A stretch of DNA of 64,000 bases from Klebsiella pneumoniae. GTDB lineage: Bacteria; Pseudomonadota; Gammaproteobacteria; Burkholderiales; UBA3065. Positions 24,560-33,374 of the stretch are shown here, piece after piece (the first letter of the stretch is position 1; every line of letters starts with the position of its first letter). The stretch is taken from NCBI GenBank assembly GCA_945897555.1, contig CAMDGF010000006.1:19526-83525 (forward strand), written 5' to 3'. A model generated the notes under the pieces. The model was not told where the DNA came from. It saw only the letters and a program-made list of their open reading frames with translations, and did no database searches. Position numbers and translations under genes: made by a program.

Positions 24560-26077
24560 TTACACCACGGTGAGGATGGCCTGCGCCGCCTCGCTCTGCA
24601 CCTGGATGGTCTTGGCGTTGGCCTGATACAGGCGCTGCGAGATGATCAGCTTGACCAATTCCTGCGTCAGGTCGACGTTGGACTCCTCTAAGGTGCCCGG
24701 CTTGACCGTGCCCAAGCGGCCGTTCTCGGTTACAAAACCGGGGGGCAAACGGCGTGCTTGGCCGCTGCTTGGCGTCGGGATGAACAGATTGCCGCCCACC
24801 GAGCGCAGCTCGTCCGGGGCGCGGAAGTTGGCCAGTGCCAACTGCCCCTTCACCGCAGTGATGCCGTTGTCGTAACGCACCACCAGTTGGCCCGCGTCAT
24901 CCAGCGAAAAACCCGATAGCGCGCCACTGGAGTTGCCATCCTGCTGCAGGAATTGCGGGGCAAAGTTGTCGACGTACTGGGTGGTCAGGAAGTCCTTGTC
25001 GCCCAAAGTCAGCTGGAAAGAAAAGGGGTTGGTGGCGGCCGACGCTGAACCCGTAGCCGGGTCGCTGGCAAACGTCGGCAACGTGAACTCGAGGTCGATG
25101 ACCGGCAGAGATTGCCCATTCTCCTGCTTGACCTGATACACGGTGCCGCGCGTTGCCGTGGCACCACTCGTGATCGGGTCCGGCAGGGTGTCTAAATCAC
25201 CTGTTACCCCAGTTGAATCCGCATTACCTGTCACAGCAGCATAGGCACCGCCTACTTCAGAGTTGATCGACCAGCCAGACATCACGCCGGTGCCATCGAA
25301 TTCGAGCAGCAACTTGGGTTCGGAGGCCGCTGTCTCGCTGTCCAGATAGCCCTCGATGCCGTCATCCAGGCGGGTGTAGACCTCCCAACGGGACCCCCCA
25401 TTGGCAGCCGAGGTGAGCATCTGTCCGGTCTCGATGCGCTTGAAGTAGAGCGTCAGCGTGTGTGACCCCCCCACCGCATCAAAGACCGTCAGAGTGTTGG
25501 TCGCGTTGTAGGTGTTCGAGTTGGTGGAATCAAAAATCGTTGTCGCAGGGATCAGTTCCGCGTCGGCGTCGAGGTTGAAGCGCACGTCCACTTGCGTGGT
25601 CTTTTGCGAGGGCAGATTCGCGACATCGATGCGCAATTCAGACAGCGCCTGGCCCGCGTCTGCCGTGATCTCACCGTTGTCGTCGGCTTCAAAGCCGAGC
25701 ACGCGCTGACCGCCGGATGTCACGAGAAAGCCTTCGTTATCGATGCTGAACTGTCCGGCGCGGGTGTACACGTCCTCCCGCACCCGGGTGTCGCGCACCA
25801 CAAAAAAACCATCGCCACTGATGCCGACGTCCAAGTTGTTGCCGGTGTTGGTCAAGCCACCCTGCGAGAAGATGCGCCCCACCGATTCCACGCCCACACC
25901 CAGACCCACCGGGTTGTTGGATGACGACGAGATCGAGTTGGCGTAGACGTCCGCAAACGACACGCGCGAGCGCTTGAAAGCCGTAGTGTTGGCGTTGGAG
26001 ATGTTGTTGCCAGCCACGTCGAGCGCCTGCGCCGCAGCGTCGAGTCCGCTGAGTGCCTGCGAAAAAGTGAATCCCAT
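24560..26077 (-). CDS. flgE: Flagellar hook protein FlgE
   Basis: 505 aa: MGFTFSQALSGLDAAAQALDVAGNNISNANTTAFKR .. LEESNVDLTQELVKLIISQRLYQANAKTI. Confidence 0.9.
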   Translation of the reverse strand: MGFTFSQALSGLDAAAQALDVAGNNISNANTTAFKRSRVSFADVYANSISSSSNNPVGLGVGVESVGRIFSQGGLTNTGNNLDVGISGDGFFVVRDTRVREDVYTRAGQFSIDNEGFLVTSGGQRVLGFEADDNGEITADAGQALSELRIDVANLPSQKTTQVDVRFNLDADAELIPATTIFDSTNSNTYNATNTLTVFDAVGGSHTLTLYFKRIETGQMLTSAANGGSRWEVYTRLDDGIEGYLDSETAASEPKLLLEFDGTGVMSGWSINSEVGGAYAAVTGNADSTGVTGDLDTLPDPITSGATATRGTVYQVKQENGQSLPVIDLEFTLPTFASDPATGSASAATNPFSFQLTLGDKDFLTTQYVDNFAPQFLQQDGNSSGALSGFSLDDAGQLVVRYDNGITAVKGQLALANFRAPDELRSVGGNLFIPTPSSGQARRLPPGFVTENGRLGTVKPGTLEESNVDLTQELVKLIISQRLYQANAKTIQVQSEAAQAILTVV

Positions 26078-26110
26078 GATGTCCTCCTGTCGGAATGCGT
26101 GCGGGTGCTG

Positions 26111-26791
26111 TTAGAAGATGCGCTTGACGCTGCCGACGGGCACTTCTTCGCCGTTGTCGAGCAGCAGGGTGGGGCCGCTGGCGTTGAGGCTCACGCTGAG
26201 CACCTGCGCTGCAGTGAAAGTCTCTACACCGATGTCGAAGGTCCCTGCCTTGGCCGTCACCTTGTAGGTGTAGTCGCCGTCGGGCATAGGGGCGCCGGAG
26301 TCGTTGTTGCCATCCCAACGGAACGGCACCAAACCACCGGCCTGCGGGCCAAGGTTGAGCGTGCGGACGGGCAGACCGGCGGCACCCATGATCTCCACCT
26401 TGACGTCGTTGGCGTCACCGTCGAGCAGCATCGAGCCGCTGGCCATGCCGCCCGCCAAGCGCAGATCGGCGCCGCTCAGCGTGACTCCGCGGCCGATCAA
26501 TTGGGCCGCCTGTGAGCCTTGGATGGCGAGCAGTTGGCCCATGGTGTCGTTGAGCGCCGAGATGCCTTGGACCGTCGAGATCTGCGCCATCTGCTGGGTG
26601 ATCTGGGCATTGTCCATCGGGCTCAGCGGATCTTGGTTCTGCATCTGCGCGATCAGCAGCGTCAAAAACCGATCTTGAATCTCCTGCGGCGTGTCCAGTT
26701 TGGCCTGGGCAGTGCCGGTGCGCCGCGTCGCGGCTTGCGCGGCGGCGATGTTCTGCTGCGCGGTCGTAGTGGTGACGTCGGTCACAGCCAT
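26111..26791 (-). CDS. flgD: Flagellar hook capping/assembly protein FlgD
   Basis: 226 aa with FLTLLIAQMQNQDPLSPMDN and a C-terminal FlgD Ig-like region. Confidence 0.9.
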   Translation of the reverse strand: MAVTDVTTTTAQQNIAAAQAATRRTGTAQAKLDTPQEIQDRFLTLLIAQMQNQDPLSPMDNAQITQQMAQISTVQGISALNDTMGQLLAIQGSQAAQLIGRGVTLSGADLRLAGGMASGSMLLDGDANDVKVEIMGAAGLPVRTLNLGPQAGGLVPFRWDGNNDSGAPMPDGDYTYKVTAKAGTFDIGVETFTAAQVLSVSLNASGPTLLLDNGEEVPVGSVKRIF

Positions 26792-26793
26792 GG

Positions 26794-27249
26794 TCAGCGT
26801 CCGATCTCGAGAGTGCGTTGAATAAGAAGACGCGAGGTGTTCATCACCTCGACGTTGAATTGGTAGGCGCGCGATGCAGCGATCATGTTGGTCATCTCCT
26901 CGACCGGGTCGACGTTCGGGTAGGCGACCATGCCGTTGGCGTCGGCCTGCGGGTGGCCGGGCTGGTAGACCTGGCGAAACGGGGCCGCGCTCTCGACCAC
27001 TCGCGCCACGCGCACGCCAGCCGGGCCCTCCGGTTGCGGCAGACCGACGGTATCGCCCACACCGCGGCGCGAAGGCCGCAGATCGCGCAGCGGCTGCACC
27101 TGAAACACGACCTGCCGTGCGCGATAGGGTTTGCCGTCGGCCGCGGCGCTGCTCTCGGCGTTGGCCAGGTTGCTGGCGATGGTGCTCAGGCGCTGGCTCT
27201 GCGCAGTCATGGCAGAACCGGCGATGTCGAACAGGGAGAACATGCCCAT
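26794..27249 (-). CDS. flgC: Flagellar basal-body rod protein FlgC
   Basis: MFSLFDIAGSAMTAQSQRLSTIASNLANAES .. NVDPVEEMTNMIAASRAYQFN. Confidence 0.9.
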   Translation of the reverse strand: MGMFSLFDIAGSAMTAQSQRLSTIASNLANAESSAAADGKPYRARQVVFQVQPLRDLRPSRRGVGDTVGLPQPEGPAGVRVARVVESAAPFRQVYQPGHPQADANGMVAYPNVDPVEEMTNMIAASRAYQFNVEVMNTSRLLIQRTLEIGR

Positions 27250-27264
27250 CGGTGCGCCCCTCGC

Positions 27265-27660
27265 TTACTGTTGACCGGTGATGGCCAGCCGCATGGAGCG
27301 GATGGTGTCGCCGAGGAACTGGGCGCTGGCCTGATAAGCGAGCGCGTTCTCGGTGAACAGGGCGGTTTCGCGGTCCATCTCGACCGTATTGCCGTCGATC
27401 GAGTCCTGAGCCGGGATGCGGTACTTGATGGCAACGCCTGCAAGGTCGCTGGGGCGCCCGGCAAGATGTCCCGGGCGAGTGGTGGCGAGCCCGATACGGG
27501 CACCCGCAGCTCGGTTCAGCGCCGACGCAAAATCAAAATCCACCGCCTTGTAGCCCGGTGTGTCGGCATTGGCGATGTTGGTGGCGAGCATCTGCTGACG
27601 TTGTGCACGCAGCTTGAGGCCTACCCCGAGCATGTCCAGTTTTTGCGCAATGGCGTTCAT
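27265..27660 (-). CDS. flgB: Flagellar basal-body rod protein FlgB
   Basis: MNAIAQKLDMLGVGLKLRAQRQQMLATNIANADTPGYKA. Start moved to the ATG at 27660. Confidence 0.9.
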   Translation of the reverse strand: MNAIAQKLDMLGVGLKLRAQRQQMLATNIANADTPGYKAVDFDFASALNRAAGARIGLATTRPGHLAGRPSDLAGVAIKYRIPAQDSIDGNTVEMDRETALFTENALAYQASAQFLGDTIRSMRLAITGQQ

Positions 27661-27719
27661 GTGCCGCCCAACCGATCCGTGTTGGCAACGCCCCCATGGC
27701 GCCACTCGCATCAGTTGAA

Positions 27720-27736
27720 AGCAACTCCCATGCCAG
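27720..27736 (-). promoter_or_regulatory. Sigma54-type (-24/-12) promoter upstream of flgB
   Basis: The minus strand reads CTGGCATGGGAGTTGCTTT: TGGCAT-N5-TTGCT with canonical GG/GC spacing. It lies about 60 nt upstream of the flgB ATG. Confidence 0.55.
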
Positions 27737-27897
27737 AGTGGGCTCGCCGGGGTTCATGGGCATCTATAGGCTTTTGAATCAAGGATGTATGAGCATCGGC
27801 CCTCGATTCTTGCTGTGCGTCACTCGAGCCCGACCGGCAAACTTTGCCTGCCCGCGCTTGCCGCCACCTGCCGCCGCTTTGCTGCTATACCAGTGCT

Positions 27898-28656
27898 ATG
27901 CACACCCACCTTGGCAGTGCCCACCCCATCGTCGGCTCCCTCGGTCGCCCGTCGCTCCTCGTCAAGCTGTTTGCCGCGGCACTCTGCGCAGGGCTGTCAG
28001 CAGCCAGCGGCGCAGTGCTGGTCTCGGGCTGGCAGGACATGGGCGTGCTGGCAGCACTGGCACGCGAGCACGCTCTGCAGAACGTCGGCGAGGCCGGCGG
28101 CCGGATCGTCGTGACGGTCACCCCACCCGACGAACGCTTGCGATTGCCCGCGTGCGCAGCGCTGCTGGCCGAGATGCCCGAAGGGCAGCGACTATGGGGT
28201 TGGACGCAGGTCAGGGTGCGCTGTCCAGGCGAAGGCGGGTGGAGCGTGTCGGTGCGCACACGGGTGCAGGTCATGGCGCCAGCCGTCGTCACTCAGCGAG
28301 CCTTGGCCGCTGGCCACGTCGTCGAGGCAGCGGATGTGAAGGCCGGTGAGGTCGACCTCACCGGCTTGCAGCGCCCCGCCCTGCGTGACACTGCGCTGGC
28401 CATCGGCAAGGTGGTGCGGGTGGGTTTGGCCGCCGGTCAGGCCATCGGCGCCGAGCATCTCAAATCAGCCATCGTGGTCCGCCGAGGCGCCTCGCTCGAA
28501 GTCACCGCCACCGTTGGACAGGTGTCGGTGACCAGCGCCGGCACCGCGATGCAGGATGGCGCCATCGGCGAGCTCATCCGCGTGCGCGTGCCGGGCGGGC
28601 GCACCGTACAAGGCTTGGTGACCGGCGAAGGCCGCGTCGACGTGCAGATGCCCTGA
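27898..28656 (+). CDS. flgA: Flagellar P-ring assembly chaperone FlgA
   Basis: C-terminal SAF/FlgA motifs: [15 protein letters not shown] .., [39 protein letters not shown]. Divergent from flgB. The start is uncertain (ATG at 27898 versus TTG at 27844). Confidence 0.8.
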   Translation: MHTHLGSAHPIVGSLGRPSLLVKLFAAALCAGLSAASGAVLVSGWQDMGVLAALAREHALQNVGEAGGRIVVTVTPPDERLRLPACAALLAEMPEGQRLWGWTQVRVRCPGEGGWSVSVRTRVQVMAPAVVTQRALAAGHVVEAADVKAGEVDLTGLQRPALRDTALAIGKVVRVGLAAGQAIGAEHLKSAIVVRRGASLEVTATVGQVSVTSAGTAMQDGAIGELIRVRVPGGRTVQGLVTGEGRVDVQMP

Positions 28657-28676
28657 GGCCCATTGCCACGACGCTG

Positions 28677-28705
28677 TTGCCATCCTCACTTTCCGGCAGC
28701 ATAAT
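28677..28705 (+). promoter_or_regulatory. Sigma70-like promoter for rpmE
   Basis: TTGCCA (28677-28682), a 17-nt spacer, then CATAAT (28700-28705), about 37 nt upstream of the ATG. Confidence 0.4.
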
Positions 28706-28741
28706 AGGGGGTTCTTTCAAACCCCCTCAGGGACCCTCGTC

Positions 28742-28948
28742 ATGCAAGCCGACATCCATCCCGCATACAAAGAAATCAACGTCACCTGCAGCTGCGGGAA
28801 CAAGTTCACCACGCGCTCGACCATGAGCAAGGCCTTGCAGATCGAAGTGTGTTCCAGCTGCCACCCCTTCTTTACCGGCAAGCAGAAGATCGTCGATACC
28901 GCCGGCCGCGTCGAGCGCTTCCGCCAGCGCTACGGCACCAAGGCCTGA
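28742..28948 (+). CDS. rpmE: 50S ribosomal protein L31 (Zn-ribbon type A)
   Basis: [40 protein letters not shown]. Confidence 0.95.
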   Translation: MQADIHPAYKEINVTCSCGNKFTTRSTMSKALQIEVCSSCHPFFTGKQKIVDTAGRVERFRQRYGTKA

Positions 28949-29005
28949 TCGACGCAGGTCTCTGTCTCGGCTGGCCAGCGTTCAGCCGCCAGACACTCCA
29001 GCCGA

Positions 29006-29031
29006 GGGCAGCCACAGGGCTGCCCTTTTTG
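29006..29031 (+). terminator. Rho-independent terminator after rpmE
   Basis: GGGCAGCC-ACAG-GGCTGCCC followed by TTTTTG. Confidence 0.7.
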
Positions 29032-29058
29032 TTGCCGCTTGCCGCTTAGAATCAGGCC

Positions 29059-30678
29059 ATGCTGGGTCATGCCCCACCCGACCCGATCCCGGGTCAGCGC
29101 CACCATCCGCCGCTCTACTGGTTGCTGGCGTGGGTTGCGGCGTGGACGCTCACTGGCCTCATCGGCCATACCCCTTGGCGCGGCGACGAATCCGTGCAAC
29201 TCGCGCTGGCACTCGATACGCTCGCGCATGGCCACTGGCTGGCACCCGAACTCGGTCGCCTGGCCTGGCTCGACACACCGCCATGGGCGGTGTGGTGGTC
29301 GGCAGTGGCCATCGCCGCCTCCAAGCCGTGGCTGGCAGCTCACGATGCCGCGCGCCTGCCGGGCATGCTGGCGCTGCTGCTTACTTTCTGGGCGCTGCTG
29401 CGCTGGTCGTTGCCGCGACTGCAACGGCGTGACCGATGGGCAGCCGGGCTGGCCTTGTTTGCGGCCATGGCGCTGGTCATCCCTGCACACAGTGCAGCGT
29501 CAGAACTGTGGACGCTGGCCGGCATCGCGCTTCTCACTGCCGGGCTCAGCCGGCCCGACCGGCGCTGGCCGCGCACCGCCATACTGCTTGGCGCCGGCAT
29601 CGGCATCGCGACCATGGCCGGAGGCCTACAACTGTGGCTCGCTGCGAGCTTGGCCACCGGCGCCGTAAGCGCGCTGGCACCCCGCCGCAGCCAGCATCGG
29701 GCGCACATCGTGGGCGTCCTGCTGGGGTCGCTGCCCGTTCTGCTGTGGGCGCTCGGATTGGCGCAGCAAGGCCTGCTCGGCCCCTGGTTGCAAGCCGACC
29801 CGCTGTTGGCCGTGCTTGGCGGCCACGTCCGGCCCGGCGGTGGTTTCTTTGCCGAGGTCCGCGGTCTGCTCTGGACGTGGCCATTGTGGCCCTTGGCCTT
29901 GGCCATCATCTGGCATCGTCGTGGCCACCTCGCGACCGACCCACGTCTGCTCGCCCCCCTTGCGATCATCGTCAGCGCCCTGCCGATCTGGTGGGTGACG
30001 CCGGGTGGCATCGACACCCGCGCGCTCGCGCTGCTCGCGCCTTTGGCCCTGCTCGCCGGCCCCGGCTTGCTGCGCTTGGAACGTGGCCAGGCGCAGGCTC
30101 TGCACGCCTTCGGTGTGGTGTTGTTTGCCAGCCTGCTCGGCCTGCTCTGGCTGTTCTGGGCAGGCGCGCACCTGGGAGGCCCGGAGCCGTTTGCCGGCCG
30201 GGTCGGCCGGCTGTTGCGCAGTTACGATGGCAGCTGGCAGGCTTGGCAGGTGGTGGTGGGCGTGGCTGCCAGCGCAGGCGCAGCGCTGCTGGTCTTCGGC
30301 TTGCGGCGCTCAGCCTTGCGGCCCTTACTGGCCTGGTGCATCGGCGCCAGCGCCACATGGCTGCTCATCATCGTACTCGGTGGGCACTGGCTGGAGACCC
30401 GCTTCAGCTTCCGCTCGATGGCTGTGCTGGCCGGCCAGCATTGGCCGCAGGCCGGATGCGTCGGCGCAGCACCGGGGTTGCGCCCCGCGGTGGTGGCCTC
30501 GATTCGCATCTACACCGGCCACACGGTGCTGCGCGGGGCCGCCGCCGGGCAGTGTGATTGGCGCTTCGCCACGGTCTCGCGCAATGGCAGCGGCGTGCCG
30601 AAGGATGCCGAAGTGATCTGGCGCGGACGTCGGGGTGGCGACCGGCAAGAACTGCATGTACTTTATCGGCGGCCCTGA
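29059..30678 (+). CDS. Large polytopic membrane protein; GT-C fold glycosyltransferase-like (ArnT/PMT-like)
   Basis: 539 aa with many TM segments. An early loop with a GDES acidic motif and Trp/Leu-rich helices resembles family-39/83 glycosyltransferases. Assignment is tentative. Confidence 0.5.
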   Translation: MLGHAPPDPIPGQRHHPPLYWLLAWVAAWTLTGLIGHTPWRGDESVQLALALDTLAHGHWLAPELGRLAWLDTPPWAVWWSAVAIAASKPWLAAHDAARLPGMLALLLTFWALLRWSLPRLQRRDRWAAGLALFAAMALVIPAHSAASELWTLAGIALLTAGLSRPDRRWPRTAILLGAGIGIATMAGGLQLWLAASLATGAVSALAPRRSQHRAHIVGVLLGSLPVLLWALGLAQQGLLGPWLQADPLLAVLGGHVRPGGGFFAEVRGLLWTWPLWPLALAIIWHRRGHLATDPRLLAPLAIIVSALPIWWVTPGGIDTRALALLAPLALLAGPGLLRLERGQAQALHAFGVVLFASLLGLLWLFWAGAHLGGPEPFAGRVGRLLRSYDGSWQAWQVVVGVAASAGAALLVFGLRRSALRPLLAWCIGASATWLLIIVLGGHWLETRFSFRSMAVLAGQHWPQAGCVGAAPGLRPAVVASIRIYTGHTVLRGAAAGQCDWRFATVSRNGSGVPKDAEVIWRGRRGGDRQELHVLYRRP

Positions 30679-30756
30679 CCCACCGCACCGATATGCAAAA
30701 GCCGTCGCGGCGTCTAGAATTACGTAGGTAGAACCCATCATCTGAGGAGAGATTCA

Positions 30757-31089
30757 ATGAAGGTTGTGACGTTCTTCGGCGCCGTCGCTCTGGCCGCGTC
30801 GTTCAGCAGCGCGGTTCTGGCCAACCAAGAACTGGCCACCAAGAGTGGTTGCCTTGCCTGCCATGCCGTCGACAAGAAGGTAATCGGCCCCTCGTACAAG
30901 GACGTCGCCAAGAAGTACGCGGGCGACGCAGGCGCCGAGGCCAAGCTCACCAAGATCGTGAAGAACGGCAGCAACCCGGCCGAGCTCCACTGGAAGGAAG
31001 TCACGGGTGGCATGCCGATGCCGGCCAACTCCCATGTGGCCGACGCTGACGTCAAGACCCTCGTCAAGTGGGTGCTGTCGCAGAAGTAA
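30757..31089 (+). CDS. Periplasmic class I c-type cytochrome (c551/c552-like)
   Basis: 110 aa. Signal peptide, heme motif CLACH and distal GGMPMP. The SD GAGGAGA lies upstream. Confidence 0.85.
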   Translation: MKVVTFFGAVALAASFSSAVLANQELATKSGCLACHAVDKKVIGPSYKDVAKKYAGDAGAEAKLTKIVKNGSNPAELHWKEVTGGMPMPANSHVADADVKTLVKWVLSQK

Positions 31090-31111
31090 GCCCGCAGCTG
31101 CAGTCACAAGG

Positions 31112-31141
31112 GAGCCAGCTCAATGCTGGCTCTTTTGTTTT
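31112..31141 (+). terminator. Rho-independent terminator after the cytochrome c gene
   Basis: GAGCCAGC-TCAAT-GCTGGCTC followed by TTTTGTTTT. Confidence 0.75.
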
Positions 31142-31178
31142 ACGGCCCATCAGCTGCCGGAACAGACATAATCCGGCC

Positions 31179-33305
31179 ATGGGTCTGCCCCACTCCTCTC
31201 GATCCGACCCTGCAGCCAGCCGCCCGTCGCTCCGGACAGCGACTCTCAGCATGTTCGCCGCGGTGTGCCTCGCTGCAGCCAACACAGGCTGGGCCCAACC
31301 GGTGGTCCGCCTCGGTTCCGTCGCCCCCCTCACCGGGCCACAGGCGCACCTGGGCCGCGACAACGACAATGGCGTTCGGCTGGCCGTAGACCAGGCAAAC
31401 GCCCGCGGTGTCTTACTCAACGGCGAGCGGGTGCGCATCGAAGTGGTCAGCGAGGATGACCAGGCCGACCCCAAAACGGCCACCATCGTCGCCCAGAAAC
31501 TCATCGATTCCGGTGTGGTGGCAGTGGTCGGCCACCTCAATTCGGGCACCACCATCCCGGCCAGCAAGCGCTACCACGAGGCGGGCATCGCTCAGATCTC
31601 GCCCTCGGCCACGGCCATCGCTTACACCGCGCAGGGCTACGACAACGCTTTCCGGGTGATGGCCAACGACAGCCAGCAGGGCGGCGCGCTGGGCCGCTTT
31701 GCCGCGGAGCGGCTGAAGGCGCAACGCATTGCCGTCATAGACGATCGCACCGCCTATGGGCAAGGTCTCGCCGACCAGTTCGAACGAGCGGCGCGGGCTG
31801 CCGGCGGCAACATCGTCGGGCGCGAGTACACCACCGACCGCGCCACCGACTTCACCGCCATCCTCACCTCGCTCAAGGGACGCGGCCCCGACGTCATCTT
31901 CTTTGGCGGCATGGACGCGCAAGGTGCACCACTCGCCCGGCAGATGCGCGCCCTCGGGGTGCAAGCCGTTCTGATGAGCGGCGATGGCCTGCAGAGCGCC
32001 GAATTCCTCAAACTCGCGGGCCGCGCGGCCGAAGGCGTGATCGCTTCCACACCGGGCCTTCCGCCCGCCCAGATGCCTGGCGGCGAGGCCTTTCGCCACG
32101 ACTTTGTGGCCAAGTACGGGATCATCCAGAACTATGCCCCCTACGCCTACGATGCTGCGGCCACGCTCATCGCCGCCATGGAACAGGCTGGCTCAGCCGA
32201 ACCGGGCAGGATCGTGGCCGCGTTGCGGACCCTCGAGCGCGATGGCGTCACCGGACCCATTGCCTTTGACGAGAGAGGGGACATCCGCGGCGGAGCGGTG
32301 ACGCTGTATCGCGTCGCGCAGGGGCAGTGGCAGGTGATCGATACAGCGCCGCCGCTGCCGGCACCTGCAGCAGCGCCTGGCCCCGGCGCGGTATTCGTTC
32401 AGCAGCTGGTCAACGGCCTCACGGTGGGTGCTCTCTACGCGCTCGTCGCGCTCGGCTACACCATGGTCTACGGCATCCTGGGTCTGATCAACTTTGCCCA
32501 CGGTGAAGTGGCGATGATGGGCGCCATGATCGCGGTCTCGGTGGTCGCAGCACTCAGTGGCGTGCTGCCCGGCGCTTGGGCGCTCGCGGCCGGCATCGGC
32601 GTTGCTGCACTGGTGTGTATGGCACTCGCGGGGACCATCGAGCGGGTGGCCTATCGGCCATTGCGCAAGGCGCCCCGACTCGCCCCGCTGATCACCGCCA
32701 TCGGCGTCTCGATCGTGCTGCAGAACGTCGCCATGCTGATCTGGGGCCGCCAGTACCGCACCATGCCGGAGACCCTCGACGATTCGCCTGTCCTGCTGCT
32801 GGGTGCTGCCATCAGCCCGCTGCAGTTGCTCATCTTGGCGGGCACCGCAAGCGTGCTGGCGGTGCTCTGGTGGCTGGTGCACCGCACCCGTCTAGGCCGC
32901 TCGATGCGCGCCACGGCGCAGAACCGCGATGCTGCACAACTGATGGGCGTCGACACCGACGGCGTGATCCGTGCCACCTTTTTGATCGGAGCGGCACTGG
33001 GTGCGTTCGCCGGCGTCATGGTGAGCGCTTACTACGGCCTCGCGCACTACTACATGGGCTTTATGCTCGGTCTCAAAGCGTTCTCGGCGGCAGTGCTGGG
33101 TGGCATCGGCAACCTCGGCGGCGCGGTGCTCGGCGGCTTGCTGCTTGGGGTGATCGAGAGTTTCGGTGCCGGCTACATCGGCTGGCTCACCGGCGGCTTC
33201 CTCGGCAGTCATTATCAGGACGTGTTCGCCTTTTTGGTGCTCATCATCGTGCTGGTGCTGCGGCCGTCAGGGCTGCTCGGCAGCAAGGGTGCGGACCGTG
33301 CTTGA
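31179..33305 (+). CDS. Fusion protein: LivK-like periplasmic binding domain plus LivH-like ABC permease
   Basis: One uninterrupted frame. Signal peptide and type I PBP motifs (RLGSVAPLTGPQAHLGRD.., GHLNSGTT, IDDRTAYGQG). A Pro/Ala linker (PPLPAPAAAPGPGA, ~32344-32390). Then LivH motifs (VQQLVNGLTVGALYALVALGYTMVYGILGLINFAHGE). The start is chosen after the upstream terminator. Confidence 0.8.
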   Translation: MGLPHSSRSDPAASRPSLRTATLSMFAAVCLAAANTGWAQPVVRLGSVAPLTGPQAHLGRDNDNGVRLAVDQANARGVLLNGERVRIEVVSEDDQADPKTATIVAQKLIDSGVVAVVGHLNSGTTIPASKRYHEAGIAQISPSATAIAYTAQGYDNAFRVMANDSQQGGALGRFAAERLKAQRIAVIDDRTAYGQGLADQFERAARAAGGNIVGREYTTDRATDFTAILTSLKGRGPDVIFFGGMDAQGAPLARQMRALGVQAVLMSGDGLQSAEFLKLAGRAAEGVIASTPGLPPAQMPGGEAFRHDFVAKYGIIQNYAPYAYDAAATLIAAMEQAGSAEPGRIVAALRTLERDGVTGPIAFDERGDIRGGAVTLYRVAQGQWQVIDTAPPLPAPAAAPGPGAVFVQQLVNGLTVGALYALVALGYTMVYGILGLINFAHGEVAMMGAMIAVSVVAALSGVLPGAWALAAGIGVAALVCMALAGTIERVAYRPLRKAPRLAPLITAIGVSIVLQNVAMLIWGRQYRTMPETLDDSPVLLLGAAISPLQLLILAGTASVLAVLWWLVHRTRLGRSMRATAQNRDAAQLMGVDTDGVIRATFLIGAALGAFAGVMVSAYYGLAHYYMGFMLGLKAFSAAVLGGIGNLGGAVLGGLLLGVIESFGAGYIGWLTGGFLGSHYQDVFAFLVLIIVLVLRPSGLLGSKGADRA

Positions 33306-33374
33306 CCCCAGCCGCAAGCGCTGGCGGCCGAAGGTGCGCACCACTCGTGGGCGCGCAGCGCCAGAGACATACCG

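Noticed and set aside
28706-28727. The GGGGGTT-CTTTCA-AACCCCC hairpin just upstream of rpmE. I considered it a possible L31 autoregulatory leader structure.
   Set aside because: The best promoter (TTGCCA-N17-CATAAT) would place the TSS inside the 5' arm of the hairpin. It may therefore not exist in the RNA. This cannot be resolved without TSS data.
33303-33374. livH and livM are in the same reading frame, separated by a single TGA and 23 sense codons. I considered stop-codon read-through or a recently split gene.
   Set aside because: Both products have normal domain boundaries, and the intervening codons are not hydrophobic or conserved-looking. Same-frame adjacency is expected by chance one time in three.
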